A stretch of DNA of 64,000 nt from Tubulanus polymorphus (taxonomy: Eukaryota; Animalia; Nemertea): the NCBI RefSeq assembly GCF_964204645.1, contig NC_134035.1, forward strand, positions 496,001 to 560,000, in the 5' to 3' direction. Within the stretch, counting starts at the first letter, position 1. Each line of letters starts with the position of its first letter. The notes below the pieces were generated by a model. The model ran no database searches. It was not told the origin of the DNA and saw only the letters and a program-made list of their open reading frames with translations. The translations under genes were made by a program, and so were the position numbers. This document shows positions 13,181-24,100 of the stretch, in pieces.

Positions 13181-14116
13181 ATGAACGCAACGATTTTCAA
13201 GAGGTCGTACGTCGACAAATGGATTTTGGCCGCATATGTATTGCCGCCTCTAATCCCGGTCGGTGTTGGTTTAAACGCGATGATCATTGTCATATTTGTC
13301 AAACTGAAAACTAAAAATCGCTGCATCTATTTACTGAAATGTCTCGCTGTTGTCGATATCATATTTCTGGTGATGAAACTCATTCAGGACCCGGTGCGGT
13401 TTTATATTCACTATGCCACGTGCGGTGATATGATCATTTATTTCGTAGCGCCGCGAATTTCCCCGTACATTTACATATGGCTGACAATGTTGAATAACGG
13501 ATTTCAAATGTTTCGTAATTATTTAACTGTAATTATTCAATGCGAACGATTAGTGACTATCATTTTTCTACTGAAGGTACGATATAGGATAAATTTTCTT
13601 ATCTTATTCTCGTGTGTCTTTTCTGTGGCTATGTGTTCGTATTACCCGATCACGATGCGTGTAATCTATCAGCCCACATCGAAGCTCGGTCCTCATTACA
13701 AAGCATCATTTGCGCGTGACAGTGTCTTTCTACTAATGAACCGATACATCGACCCGATCTTCCGTATTTTCATACCGAATCTATTAGTTTTCGTAGCGAA
13801 TATAGCTCTTCTAATTGTATTACACGTTAAAACGACGCGTAGGCAAGATATGACCGCCACAACTAGCGATCCGAAACCGCAAAAGGGCATGGCAAAAGCC
13901 ACGAAAATGGTGCTTACAATGAGTATCATTTTCACGATTTTAGAATTTCCAGGTTTGCTCGGTAAAATCGGTGGACGCTACGTCCTCGGGCGCGGTTTAA
14001 ACGTATTAACATTCTATCTGGTTACATCGATCATCAATTCTTGTATAAATCTTATTCTTTATATAATTGTGAACAAGCAATTTAGAGAAAAGTTCGTTCA
14101 GTTGTTGAAATGCTGA
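13181..14116 (+). CDS. Intronless class A (rhodopsin-like) GPCR, invertebrate peptide-receptor-like expansion type
   Basis: 311-aa ORF with 7 hydrophobic segments: GLNA (TM1 GN variant), LKCLAVVD (TM2), QCER (DRY variant), FIPN (TM5), KATKMVL..FTILEFP (TM6), INSCINLILY (NPxxY variant), NKQFRE helix 8. AATAAA at 14191. Confidence 0.88.
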   Translation: MNATIFKRSYVDKWILAAYVLPPLIPVGVGLNAMIIVIFVKLKTKNRCIYLLKCLAVVDIIFLVMKLIQDPVRFYIHYATCGDMIIYFVAPRISPYIYIWLTMLNNGFQMFRNYLTVIIQCERLVTIIFLLKVRYRINFLILFSCVFSVAMCSYYPITMRVIYQPTSKLGPHYKASFARDSVFLLMNRYIDPIFRIFIPNLLVFVANIALLIVLHVKTTRRQDMTATTSDPKPQKGMAKATKMVLTMSIIFTILEFPGLLGKIGGRYVLGRGLNVLTFYLVTSIINSCINLILYIIVNKQFREKFVQLLKC

Positions 14117-15830
14117 TTAAGATCGACATGAGGTTATCCCGCGCTGCTTGCACCGAATAGTCGCTCGGATTTCTTCAGTTCGAGGAATTGAATAAATATA
14201 AAAGTTTCCCAAATTTAGAGGGTTGTTTTTTGCTCTTTTTTAAAATCTATACACTGCGGCTATATACTGACCAGTGACACTCATAGACTGGTATTAACAT
14301 TTTATCTCTAGCCTATAATCTGTGTAGTGACTGGGGAGTAGTAACTTCCGAACAACCGGGCCTGCAGCGGAGTGTGGTATAGTTCAGGTGGTTTACGACA
14401 AACCGCCGGAAATCCCAAAACAGTTCGCTCTGAAAAATGAATTTGCTGGAAATGAATAAAATCCTAGGCTTGCCGTATGTCCTACCCAATCTTATAGTGC
14501 TACAGATACCTAGGACTAGCGTTGGACTCCGTAGGGAGCCTTGCATTGCTAACACATAAGTCACTAGGCTCCGTTTTTACCTTCGAGCGCCTTTTCAAAA
14601 AGGTCCACTTAAAAGTCCACATTTTAAGGAAACTTTTATCTATAGGGAAAGCAAACTGCCTATAAAATCGGCCACATTACAGGCCTGGCTACGATATCAA
14701 TCATCTATCCATTTACTCCGGAGAATGAAGCGGAGAATTTCTCCTGCCCCCATAGGAAAATACTGCTTCCCGGAATTAAAACCACCATCGATCACCATTT
14801 CTGAGGCTTAGTGCGTATTGGATTACTGAATAAGTAATACGTATGATTCAGTCTGGTGCCACATTTTCTCCTTCGAATACGCTTCATTCATTTTGCACAG
14901 TTATTGACGGGGTCCAGAGGTCTATGTCTCAGATCCCCGCCTTAAGGGTCCTCTGTGATTTCTGCATTTCCTAGATTGTATTGTTAAGAATATCTCATCA
15001 ATCAGTCGCTCGGTCATTCGGTCACCAGTCATCCATTTATCCAGTCAGGCATCAGACCATATTTGTAATGAAGAGGGACCCCAAATCCATTGGCCTGAGA
15101 GACAGATTGATGATAAAACAAGGGATTTTCTGGACTTTTTCGCCTGGAGAAAGAGTACCAAACAGGTGGGGGATTTCCTTCTATATTCGGCTCGGATGTA
15201 CTCGCATACCTGTACTGGGATACCCCTCTTTCTAAAGGTTTGATTATTTCAAAAGTTAGTTTGGTTATGTGGGGCGAAAACCATTATCAGCCGAGCCCAA
15301 CTTTCGTTCGACAATGAATGGCCAAGGAATGGTTTTGGCCGTTGATGATAGTGACATTAAAAGTAAAATAATCATTCCTTAACTATAATCGAAGTTTTTT
15401 AAGGGTTAAGAGGCGCAAGTTGCGTACATATTTGAACAAAATGTGTCGCGCACGACTTAACTGGAACCATGGCCGTGACCGGGACGTGATTAGTCTATAT
15501 ATATTCTGTACATGAGTCAGATCGGCTGTCATACGAGACGCACGTAGAGTTTTGTGGGATTCAGGATATTGGATTTTTGAAACGGAAATACGCTATTTAG
15601 AACTCTCAAATTCAAAAACCACCCGTCGTATCTAGGACTAATATGCTGCAACGATCAGTATATATTTGTAGAGATTCAAGATATAGACTCTGGAGCTGCA
15701 AGTTTGGTCAGAAACGGGCGATTTCAGTCTGAGTCGACATCGTCACGGCGTTGACCATTGTGACGTCATGGTCTTTTGTCCGAATGTGAATGGCCGTGGA
15801 ATATGTTCGAATGTTTTCCTGTCACAATCG

Positions 15831-16115
15831 GGCGGACCGGATGGCTTAGTCGGTCGGCGACTAGCGTGTCACCGCTGTGGCCCAGGTTCGAGTCTCGGAG
15901 GAGGCGGGTCAGGATGTGGCAAGTGATCTCCGGTAAGCGGGCGAGTCGAGAGTACTGTCCTCCCTGGAATGAGGTTGCTAATGCGTGAGTCCTACAAAAT
16001 AACTGGTGTGGGGTAAATTATGTTTAATTCAGTCGTTTCTGGCTGAATTATTTATTTATCCCACAATACCGGTCCCGGCAGCGGAGTAATTCCCCCAGGG
16101 ACCTTCGACTTTTTT
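15831..16115 (+). mobile_element. tRNA-derived SINE (Pol III A and B boxes)
   Basis: A box TGGCTTAGTCGG (15842-15853) and B box GGTTCGAGTCT (15885-15895). No complete cloverleaf. Followed by a non-tRNA body and a T run near 16110. Confidence 0.6.
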
Positions 16116-17497
16116 ACAATATTAGTTTGTTATTTTAAGTTGAGTGGTGAGGGTTTGGGTCATTTTATATTTATTTAATTCCTCGAACTGAAGAAATCCA
16201 AGCGACTATTCGGTACAAGCAGCGCGCGGTGATCAATCACAGTTCTTTCTCAACTTCCATAATTTTTCACCAGATTTCAGTTAAAGTAGATGTGTACGCG
16301 GCGATGTCTGGTGAACTTGTGTATAAATTCGGATTGAAAACGACTCTATCCAATAGAGAATCACTCTCTGGAGACCTGCCATACGCTCTACTACACAATT
16401 GTGCCGCGTCACTGCACAAACCCTTAAGCAAACTTCAATATCATAAAGCAAAACTCGAAAAAAGTAAAATTGAGCCGGTATTACAGTTCAAAACCAGACT
16501 TAAATAGAAGGGAAATCTACACTAAAGTTTGTTGGAGTTTATCTAAACCATTAGCTAAAATTTCAGCATACAATTTTAGGCTAAAATCGTAGCATTCGAT
16601 ATTTCTATCTTTAACAATATGTGCCTCTATGAATAGTCGAATTAAACTCGATGACCTGTAGGCCCCATTGAAAATGTTTGGCACGAATTGAATGGTTCTT
16701 GCGGATTAGCGTCACGGACTCGGGTCTGTCACAGGAATGCGCGATCGAGCTTTCTGATTGATCCAATCCGGTCGCATCGATGATGCACCGTTGCTGATTG
16801 GTTGACGTAGGTATTAGAAGCGCGGTTCGAGCCGCCCGATGCCAGTCCGAGAACTGATGTCCAGCGATGAAGGTCACCTATAAGAGCTCTGCAACAAGGC
16901 GTGAAGAAAGTGTGGCTTCAAGCGAACAACCAACTAATAAGCGGCTGATGATGTAAGGAGAGACTGGAACGTGAAGGAATTTGTGACGCCTAGCGATTGA
17001 GAACGCAAGATGAGACTGGCGGCTGATGGTGCAGATGATCGCGGAGGAGATCCCGATACTGCTGCTGCTGTTACTGGTGTTGCTGCTGCTGTTGATGTCG
17101 GATTTCAACTACAAACAGATGACGGCTAATTTGCTGATGAAGACGAGTTGCCGAGTTGCTGTTGTCGCTGATTTCCGATGTTCTATTTCGCGCACATTCA
17201 TACATTATGAATATTGTGTCTTTTTAGGGTTAAACCGAAACCAGTTCGCTACTACTGACAACTACATGTACACACAATTCGTTTGTCGCAACGTCCTGAA
17301 CTAGTCTGCTGCTGCTACTGCTGCTGCTGCTGCTGCTGCTGCATTGGGAACCGCATCAACTCACATTTTGCTGTTTCGGTATCTTTACATTAAGATAAGG
17401 TAATTATATTAAACTATACCCATCCGTACATTTTGCATCTTCATTAGCTTGACGATTATCCGATTTGTTTTTCAGCTGGCAATATTTGAGTGACGGC

Positions 17498-18008
17498 AAC
17501 ATCTTCAAACCTCGAGACGCAGACTCTACCCCGACTACAGAACCATCTTCAAACCTCGAGACGCAGACCCTACTCCGACTACAGTACCATCTTCAAACCT
17601 CGAGACGCAGACTCTACTCCGACTACAGTACCATCCTCAAACCTCGAGACGCACTCCGACTACAGTACCATCTTCAAACCTCGAGACGCAGACTCTACTC
17701 CGACTACAGAACCATCTTCAAACCTCGAGACGCAGACTCTACCCCGACTACAGAACCATCTTCAAACCTCGAGACGCAGACCCTACTCCGACTACAGTAC
17801 CATCTTCAAACCTCGAGACGCAGACTCTACTCCGACTACAGAACCATCTTCAAACCTCGAGACGCAGACTCTACTCCGACTTCAGAACCATCTCCAAACC
17901 TCGAGACGCAGACTCTACTCCGACTTCAGAACCATCTTCAAACCTCGAGACGCAGACTCTACTCCGACTACAGAACCATCTTCAAACCTCGAGACGCAGA
18001 CTCTACTC
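17498..18008. repeat. 44-bp minisatellite, ~11.5 copies
   Basis: Unit ACCATCTTCAAACCTCGAGACGCAGACTCTACTCCGACTACAGA, e.g. starts at 17711 and 17755. One copy has an internal deletion. Confidence 0.95.
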
Positions 18009-18360
18009 ATTATTTCGTTTTGCCGCATGTTATAAAAAGTAACGTAAATAAATAAACGTATATATATAAAATGCTCTCTTTAATAAAATCTCTTTGTCTC
18101 GGGCACTTTGCCCCGGAAAGGACTCTCCCCTCTCACAACTTCCACTTGCCCCGGAAAGACTCTCTTACATTCAAGGAAAGGACAAAGTCAAAAAGGAAAG
18201 GACAAACGCAAAGTACAAATCAAAGGATTTATTCCAAATTCAAAGCAGGAATTTGTTACAGCTTGTTTGCAAAAGTAAAATTCAACATTTTATTGAAACG
18301 AACAAAATCAAAATTCAACATTTTATTTAATCAACAACCAATAAAATATTATTTAAAATA

Positions 18361-18423
18361 CGGGATTTGAACCACCAACCACTGGTCTAGCAGTCCAGCA
18401 CCCTACCCACTACGCTATAGGGA
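18361..18423 (-). mobile_element. tRNA-like SINE head or tRNA pseudogene (GCT anticodon-like loop)
   Basis: Minus strand TCCCTATAGCGTAGTGGGTAGGGTGCTGGACTGCTAGACCAGTGGTTGGTGGTTCAAATCCCG has A box, anticodon arm and B box but no 3' acceptor strand. Confidence 0.55.
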
Positions 18424-18549
18424 CGTACTGACAGCCTGCAGGGGAACTCATATTTATCCATTGCTTAAGCAAATTTTATCAAAAAAATAATGCCATCTAC
18501 CGGGCGAGACAGGAACTAGTTCCTATCACAACCCGGTAGATGGTGGAGA

Positions 18550-18978
18550 ATGAGACCAGAGATGAGAGATGAGATGAGTATGAGAGATGAGAATGAGAAA
18601 TGAGTATGAGATGAGGATGAAAGAGTGAGATGAGGATGAGTATGAGATGAGAGATGAGTATGAGATGAGTATGAGAGATGAGTATGAGATGAGTATGAGA
18701 GATGAGTATGAGATGAGGATGAAAGAGTGAGATGAGGATGAGTATGAGAGATGAGTATGAGAGATGAGTATGAGAGATGAGTATGAGATGAGGATGAGAG
18801 ATGAGTATGAGATGAGGATGAAAGAGTGAGATGAGGATGAGTATGAATGAGATGAGTATGAGAGATGAGTATGAGATGAGGATGAAAGAGTGAGATGAGG
18901 ATGAGTATGGGAGATGAGTATGAGAGATGAGGATGAGAGATGAGAGATGAGAGATGAGAGATGATAGAGAGAGACAGA
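18550..18978. repeat. Degenerate purine-rich simple repeat (GATGA/GAGTATGA)
   Basis: Directly visible low-complexity tract. Confidence 0.9.
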
Positions 18979-19422
18979 GGATAGGATTGTATATCACCTG
19001 AACTTCTATGTTCCTCGTTGTTTTCTATCCGGCAGATTCTAGATGCCGTCAGTAGTTTTAGTTTTACAGTTTTTAGTTCAAACAGATATTTATCCCATCA
19101 GCAGCAAAGTCATCACATAGTTAGTCCTCGTGGACATAAAGTTCACTATAACTGAAGTCAAGTTCTCCCAATATTTGTTCGTTTGTTTGTTTATCCTCCC
19201 GGTGAGTTCTAACGCTGCCAACACATATTTTATCCAGTTCATCTGATGTAGTCCTGATCATCAAACACAAACGTCAATAATTCCATCCTAATGATGACAA
19301 ACATCCTAAAAGATATAAATGAAACTTTATAGATTTGAGGCAACCAATCAGTTATACACAGTGTAAGAGTTAAGTAAAGTTACTGGTGTATCAGAGAAAT
19401 GGTAGGCTACTCCCCAAAATGA

Positions 19423-20150
19423 GTGTCAGGGATCAAATATTTTTTGTCTCCGATTTTGATGAAATTCAGTATTAACATGTATTCTTGGGTGCTGATCACA
19501 AATCTGAACGAATTTTTCGGATCTGAGGCCCAGAAAATGAGAAATTCGAATTATTGGGGGACCCCCTAAATTTTCAAAAGGCCTTGGACCCCAGAGTTTT
19601 CGAGATATTCAAAATCTGATTGCAGATTTGGAATCAGCACCCCTGAAAATATAAAGGACTAAAATTTCAAGCAAATCGAAGAGATTCGGTTTTTTGGCCA
19701 AAAATGGCAAAAATCTAAGGTGTTAGTCCAGGAGTTTTTTTTCGGCGAAAAATTTTTTTTCTCTGATTCCTTCTAAGATTGGTAGGAATATGTATTCTGA
19801 GGTGTAGATTCCGGATCCGCAATCAGATTTTGAATCGGAATTCATCTTCATGGGCAAATATGGGTTTTAATGCCCAAAATATGCACCCCAAAAATGGGGT
19901 ACAAAGTCAAAATTTTTTTTTGGCCCAATTTTAATGAAACTTAGTGCAGACATCTTTTTTGGGGTGCTGATTACGAATATGGGGTTAGATTTTGGATCCG
20001 AGGCAACTAAAATGAGATATTCAGGATTTCTTGTTTTGACCCCCTTAATTTCGTCACAAATTTTGATGAAATTTGCCTGGGAAATTCGGCCCAAAATCGA
20101 ATTTTATTCAATGATCAAATATTCAATTAATTTTTAAGGTAGAAATTGAT
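19423..20150. mobile_element. Unclassified interspersed DNA-transposon-like repeat embedded in the array (copies also at ~23023-23760 and ~28814-29570)
   Basis: Internal direct and inverted motifs (GGGTGCTGAT / ATCAGCACCC; ATTTTGATGAAATT) typical of non-autonomous elements. A truncated fourth start at ~34710. Confidence 0.45.
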
Positions 20151-20692
20151 GCTCTTACTAAAAACCCTGAATTATAATTCCTGCAACACAATTACAGGCT
20201 GCTTCAAATAACCACATTGACAATTCTTATGAAATGCAGTGAACAGTGTTTACAGATAAACTGCTTTCTCATAATTGTTTTGGAAACTTATAAGAAATTC
20301 TACTCACACACTCACTAGCCCTTGTCTAGCAGTAATGGTAGTCCATCGAGTTCCACAAATCCACATACAGAGTTCCACACCTCCTGGAGTCCACCACTGA
20401 CTGTATTTTTATGAGTATCAATCCACTTATAGTCCTGTTAGTTGACTAAATAGTCCAGTTAGTTCACATATAGTCTGGTTAGTTCCCTAGTAGTCCAGTT
20501 AGTTCACTTATAGTCCGGTTAGTTGACTAGAAGTCCAGTTAGTTCACTAGTAGTCCGGAAGAAGTTCACTGAAGAAATAAAACTGTGATGAATTTCAGTT
20601 GAAGTCAACATCCAGTTTCGTGATGAAGTTTACACGACAGCCAGAAGAAAACCTGAAATATAAAATTGAAATCACATTAACAGGGAGACTGA

Positions 20693-21146
20693 CTGAGAGG
20701 TTGAGGGAGGATGGGGTGAGAGGTTGGGGAGGATGGGGTGAGAGGTTGGGGGAGGATGGGATGAGAGGTTGAGGGACAATTGGATGAGAGGTTGGGGAGG
20801 ATGGGGTGAGAGGTTGGGGAGGGTGGGTTGAGAGGTTGAGGGAAGGTGGGGTGATAGGTGGAGGAGGATGGGGTGAGAGGTTGAGGGAGGATGGGGTGAG
20901 AGGTTGGGGAGGATGGGGTGAGAGGTTGAGAGAGGATGGGGTGAGAGGTTGGGGAGGATGGGGTGAGAGGTTGGGGAGGGTGGGTTGAGAGGTTGAGGGA
21001 GGGTGGGGTGAGAGGTTGAGGGAGGATGGGGTGAGAGGTTGGGGAGGATGGGGTGAGAGGTTGAGAGAGGATGGGGTGAGAGGTTGGGGAGGATGGGGTG
21101 AGAGGTTGAGGGAGGGTGGGGTGAGACGTCGAGGGAGGATGGGTGA
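20693..21146 (+). repeat. G-rich minisatellite (GGATGGGGTGAGAGGTTG[GA]GG)n; related tracts at ~24236-24385, 26670-26955, 30030-30155, 32410-32704
   Basis: Directly visible ~22-24-bp units. Copy number varies between array subunits. Confidence 0.92.
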
Positions 21147-24100
21147 AAAGAGAAGCAAACACAATTACTCAGGCTTAAGCAAAAGTTTTCAGCAGTTTTC
21201 AGTCACACTGGATTAACAGATTCTCGTTTTACACAAGAGCCCAGCCTGTGGTAGTGGAAGAAAGCTGGTGTAACCTGCTGAACAAGATGTGGTGCTGGAG
21301 GAAGTTAAAGAACAGTTCATCAAGATTTGTGAAACTATCGCCTGCTGCACCATGTGCAATGCAAGCGGCTAGGGTAGTGCGGCCCGTGTAGGCTAGAAAG
21401 TGGGTTTTGAGTAAGGTCCCTGTTAGTCTAGTACCTAGCCGTCGTTCCCCAAACAACCCGGAACTCGTAGTAACAACGACTGACTGATTCAGACTAAATT
21501 TGAGTAGGTCCCGGCCTCACTGACACTGACTGTCGACGTCGTGAAGTGTCTGCGAAGTCGCTGGAGGAGTGAGGTCCCCCTAAACTGTGTGTACCTGAGG
21601 ACATGAAAATGAAATATCATGCATGAATTCTTATCTTTTTTACCAATATCAAAATTCGTACATTTAGAATCAGCGTGGCTTTAAAGTCTTTATCAATTGA
21701 GGGAATAGTTCACTGTAAATAAAGAATTAGCGATTGAATTGAGCCCGCTCCACAGTAAAATAGCGCGATTAATTCAATCTCGACCGTCTAGTGCTGCCGC
21801 TATGTATAACGATAGCGTGGAAAATGTGAACTAACATAATACTCGCTTGCCAGAGTCTTCGAACGGCAGGAGTGGACGAACTAATTACCGATTTGCGGGC
21901 CGGATTCCGAGGAAAATTCTCAAACTCTGAAAACTGCTCTGAAACGTTCGAACCAAACAATTTTTCTATAAGAGAATGAGCCTTTAAAGAGTTAATTTGA
22001 ATCGGGGTATTTCTAGTATGGTCTGGGAGAGAGCGACAGGTGTTTGTAAGTTCCCTGTTTATTTGCGCGTAAATAGAAGAAATATTGACATTTTGTCAAT
22101 TCTGATGATATATTATCATTAAAAAATGAAAATGAATAATTTATTCTGTATACAAATACCATATTTATTGATAAGTAAGTGAATTTTAGCTAAAAAAAAT
22201 TAAATATGTTACCTAAAAATAAGGAAATATCATACAAAATTCAGAACGTATTCATAGTATCATATTTAATCAGAATTAGACGACACACTGGTCTGTATTG
22301 TACGTAATAAAGACATTTAAATTCCGGCGGTAAATATGCGCTACTATTTTAGTTCACAGAAATTCCGCTATCGTTATTCATAGGGGCAGCACTGTACGGT
22401 AAATATCTAACTCAGCCTCGCTATCTTACTGTGGCATGCGAGCAATACAGATATTTTTCTTAGCCGAATTTCGTTGATTATCTAATACGATTCCATTGTA
22501 TATGAATAATTCGACTATCGTTTAAGGTTTTTAGAAGGGGATTCTCTTTTTAAAACGAATTTCAAACCGTTTGTGATAGAACACTTTTGTCTGCGGAATG
22601 TATTAGCATCCAGTAAAGCGCTAAGCTCACATGCCAAAGGAAGAATTTCAAGCAAATTAAATTTTATTCTCTAAAATAGTGCATTCAACTACCACTAACA
22701 CTGTAACCAGAAATAATGCTCGGAAACTATTAAAGAAGAGTAAATTTGAAGTCAAGTTCTCCCAATATTTGTTCGTTTGTTTGTTTATCCTCCCGGTGAG
22801 TTCTAACACTGCCAACACATATTTATCCAGTTCATCTGATCCTGATCATCAAACTCAAAAAGTCAATAATTCCATCCTAATGATGAGAAACATCCTAAAA
22901 GATATAAATGAAACTTAATAGATTTGAGGCCACCAAACAGTTATACACAGTGTAAGAGTTAAGTCTAGTTACCGGTATATCAGAGAAATGGCAATCTAAG
23001 GTAGGCTACTCCCCAAAATGAGTGTCAGGGGTCAAATATTTTTTGTCTCCGATTTTGATGAAATTCCGGTTAGACATGTATTCTGGGGTGCTGATCACAA
23101 ATCTGAACGAATTTTTCGGATCTGAGGCCCAGAAAATGAGAAATTCGAATTATTGGGGGACCCCCCTAAATTTTCAAAAGGCCTTGGACCCCAGAGTTTT
23201 CGAGATATTCAAAATCTGATTGCAGATTTGGAATCAGCACCCCTGACAATATAAATGACTGAAATTTTAAGCAAATCGAAGAGATTCGATTTTTTGGCAA
23301 AAAATGGCAAAAATCTAAGGTGTGTTAGTCCAGGAGTTTTTTTTCGGCGAAAACTTTTTTTTCTCTGATTCCTTCGAAATTTGGTAGGAATATGTATTCT
23401 GAGGTGTAGATTCCGGATCCGCAATCAGATTTTGAATCGGAATTCATCTTCATGGGCAAATAAGGGTTTTAATGCCCAAAATATGCACCCCAAAAATGGG
23501 GTACCAAGTCAAAATATTTTTTTGGCCCAATTTTAATAAAATTTAGTGCAGACATGTTTTTTGGGGTGCTGGTTACAAACATGAGGTTAGATTTAGGATC
23601 CGAGGCTCCTAAAATGAGATATTCAGGATTTTGTGTTTTGACCCCCTTAATTTCGTCACAAATTTTGATGAAATTCGCCCGCGAAATTCGGTCCAAAAAC
23701 GATTTTTATTCAATGATGTCAAATATTCAATTAATTTTTAAGGTAGAAATTGATGCTCTTACTAAAAACCCTGAATTATAATTCCTGCAACACAATTACA
23801 GGCTGCTTCAAATAACCACATTGACAATTCTTATGAAATAACAGTGTTTACAGATAAACTGCTTTCTCATAATTGTTTGGGAAACTTTTAAGAAATTCTA
23901 CTCACACACTCACTAGCCCTTGTCTAGCAGTAATGGTAGTCCACCGAGTCCCACAAATCCACATACAGAGTTCAACACCTCCTGGAGTCCACCACTGACT
24001 GTTTTTTATGAGTATCAATCTAAATGGTCCTAAATGGACTAAATGGTCCGGTTAGTTCACATATAGTCGGGTTAGTTCACTAGTAGTCCGGAAGAAGTTG

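Noticed and set aside
17498-18008. CRISPR-like regular repeats
   Set aside because: Units are contiguous with no unique spacers, the context is eukaryotic, and there are no cas genes.
18361-18423. Functional tRNA-Ser(GCT)
   Set aside because: No acceptor stem pairing and no long variable arm. Treated as a SINE head or pseudogene.
18497-18997. 166-aa Leu/Ile/Ser/His ORF
   Set aside because: Translation of a degenerate simple repeat.
20595-21216. Pro/Ser/His-rich ORFs here and at ~24050-24440, 26520-27020, 29960-30210 and 32260-32770
   Set aside because: Artefacts of the G-rich minisatellite, open in all three frames.
21769-21960. Repeated 63-77-aa ORF MFGSNVSEQF... in three array subunits
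   Set aside because: Non-ATG start, disrupted in the other two subunits, and no recognisable domain. Identity reflects recent duplication.
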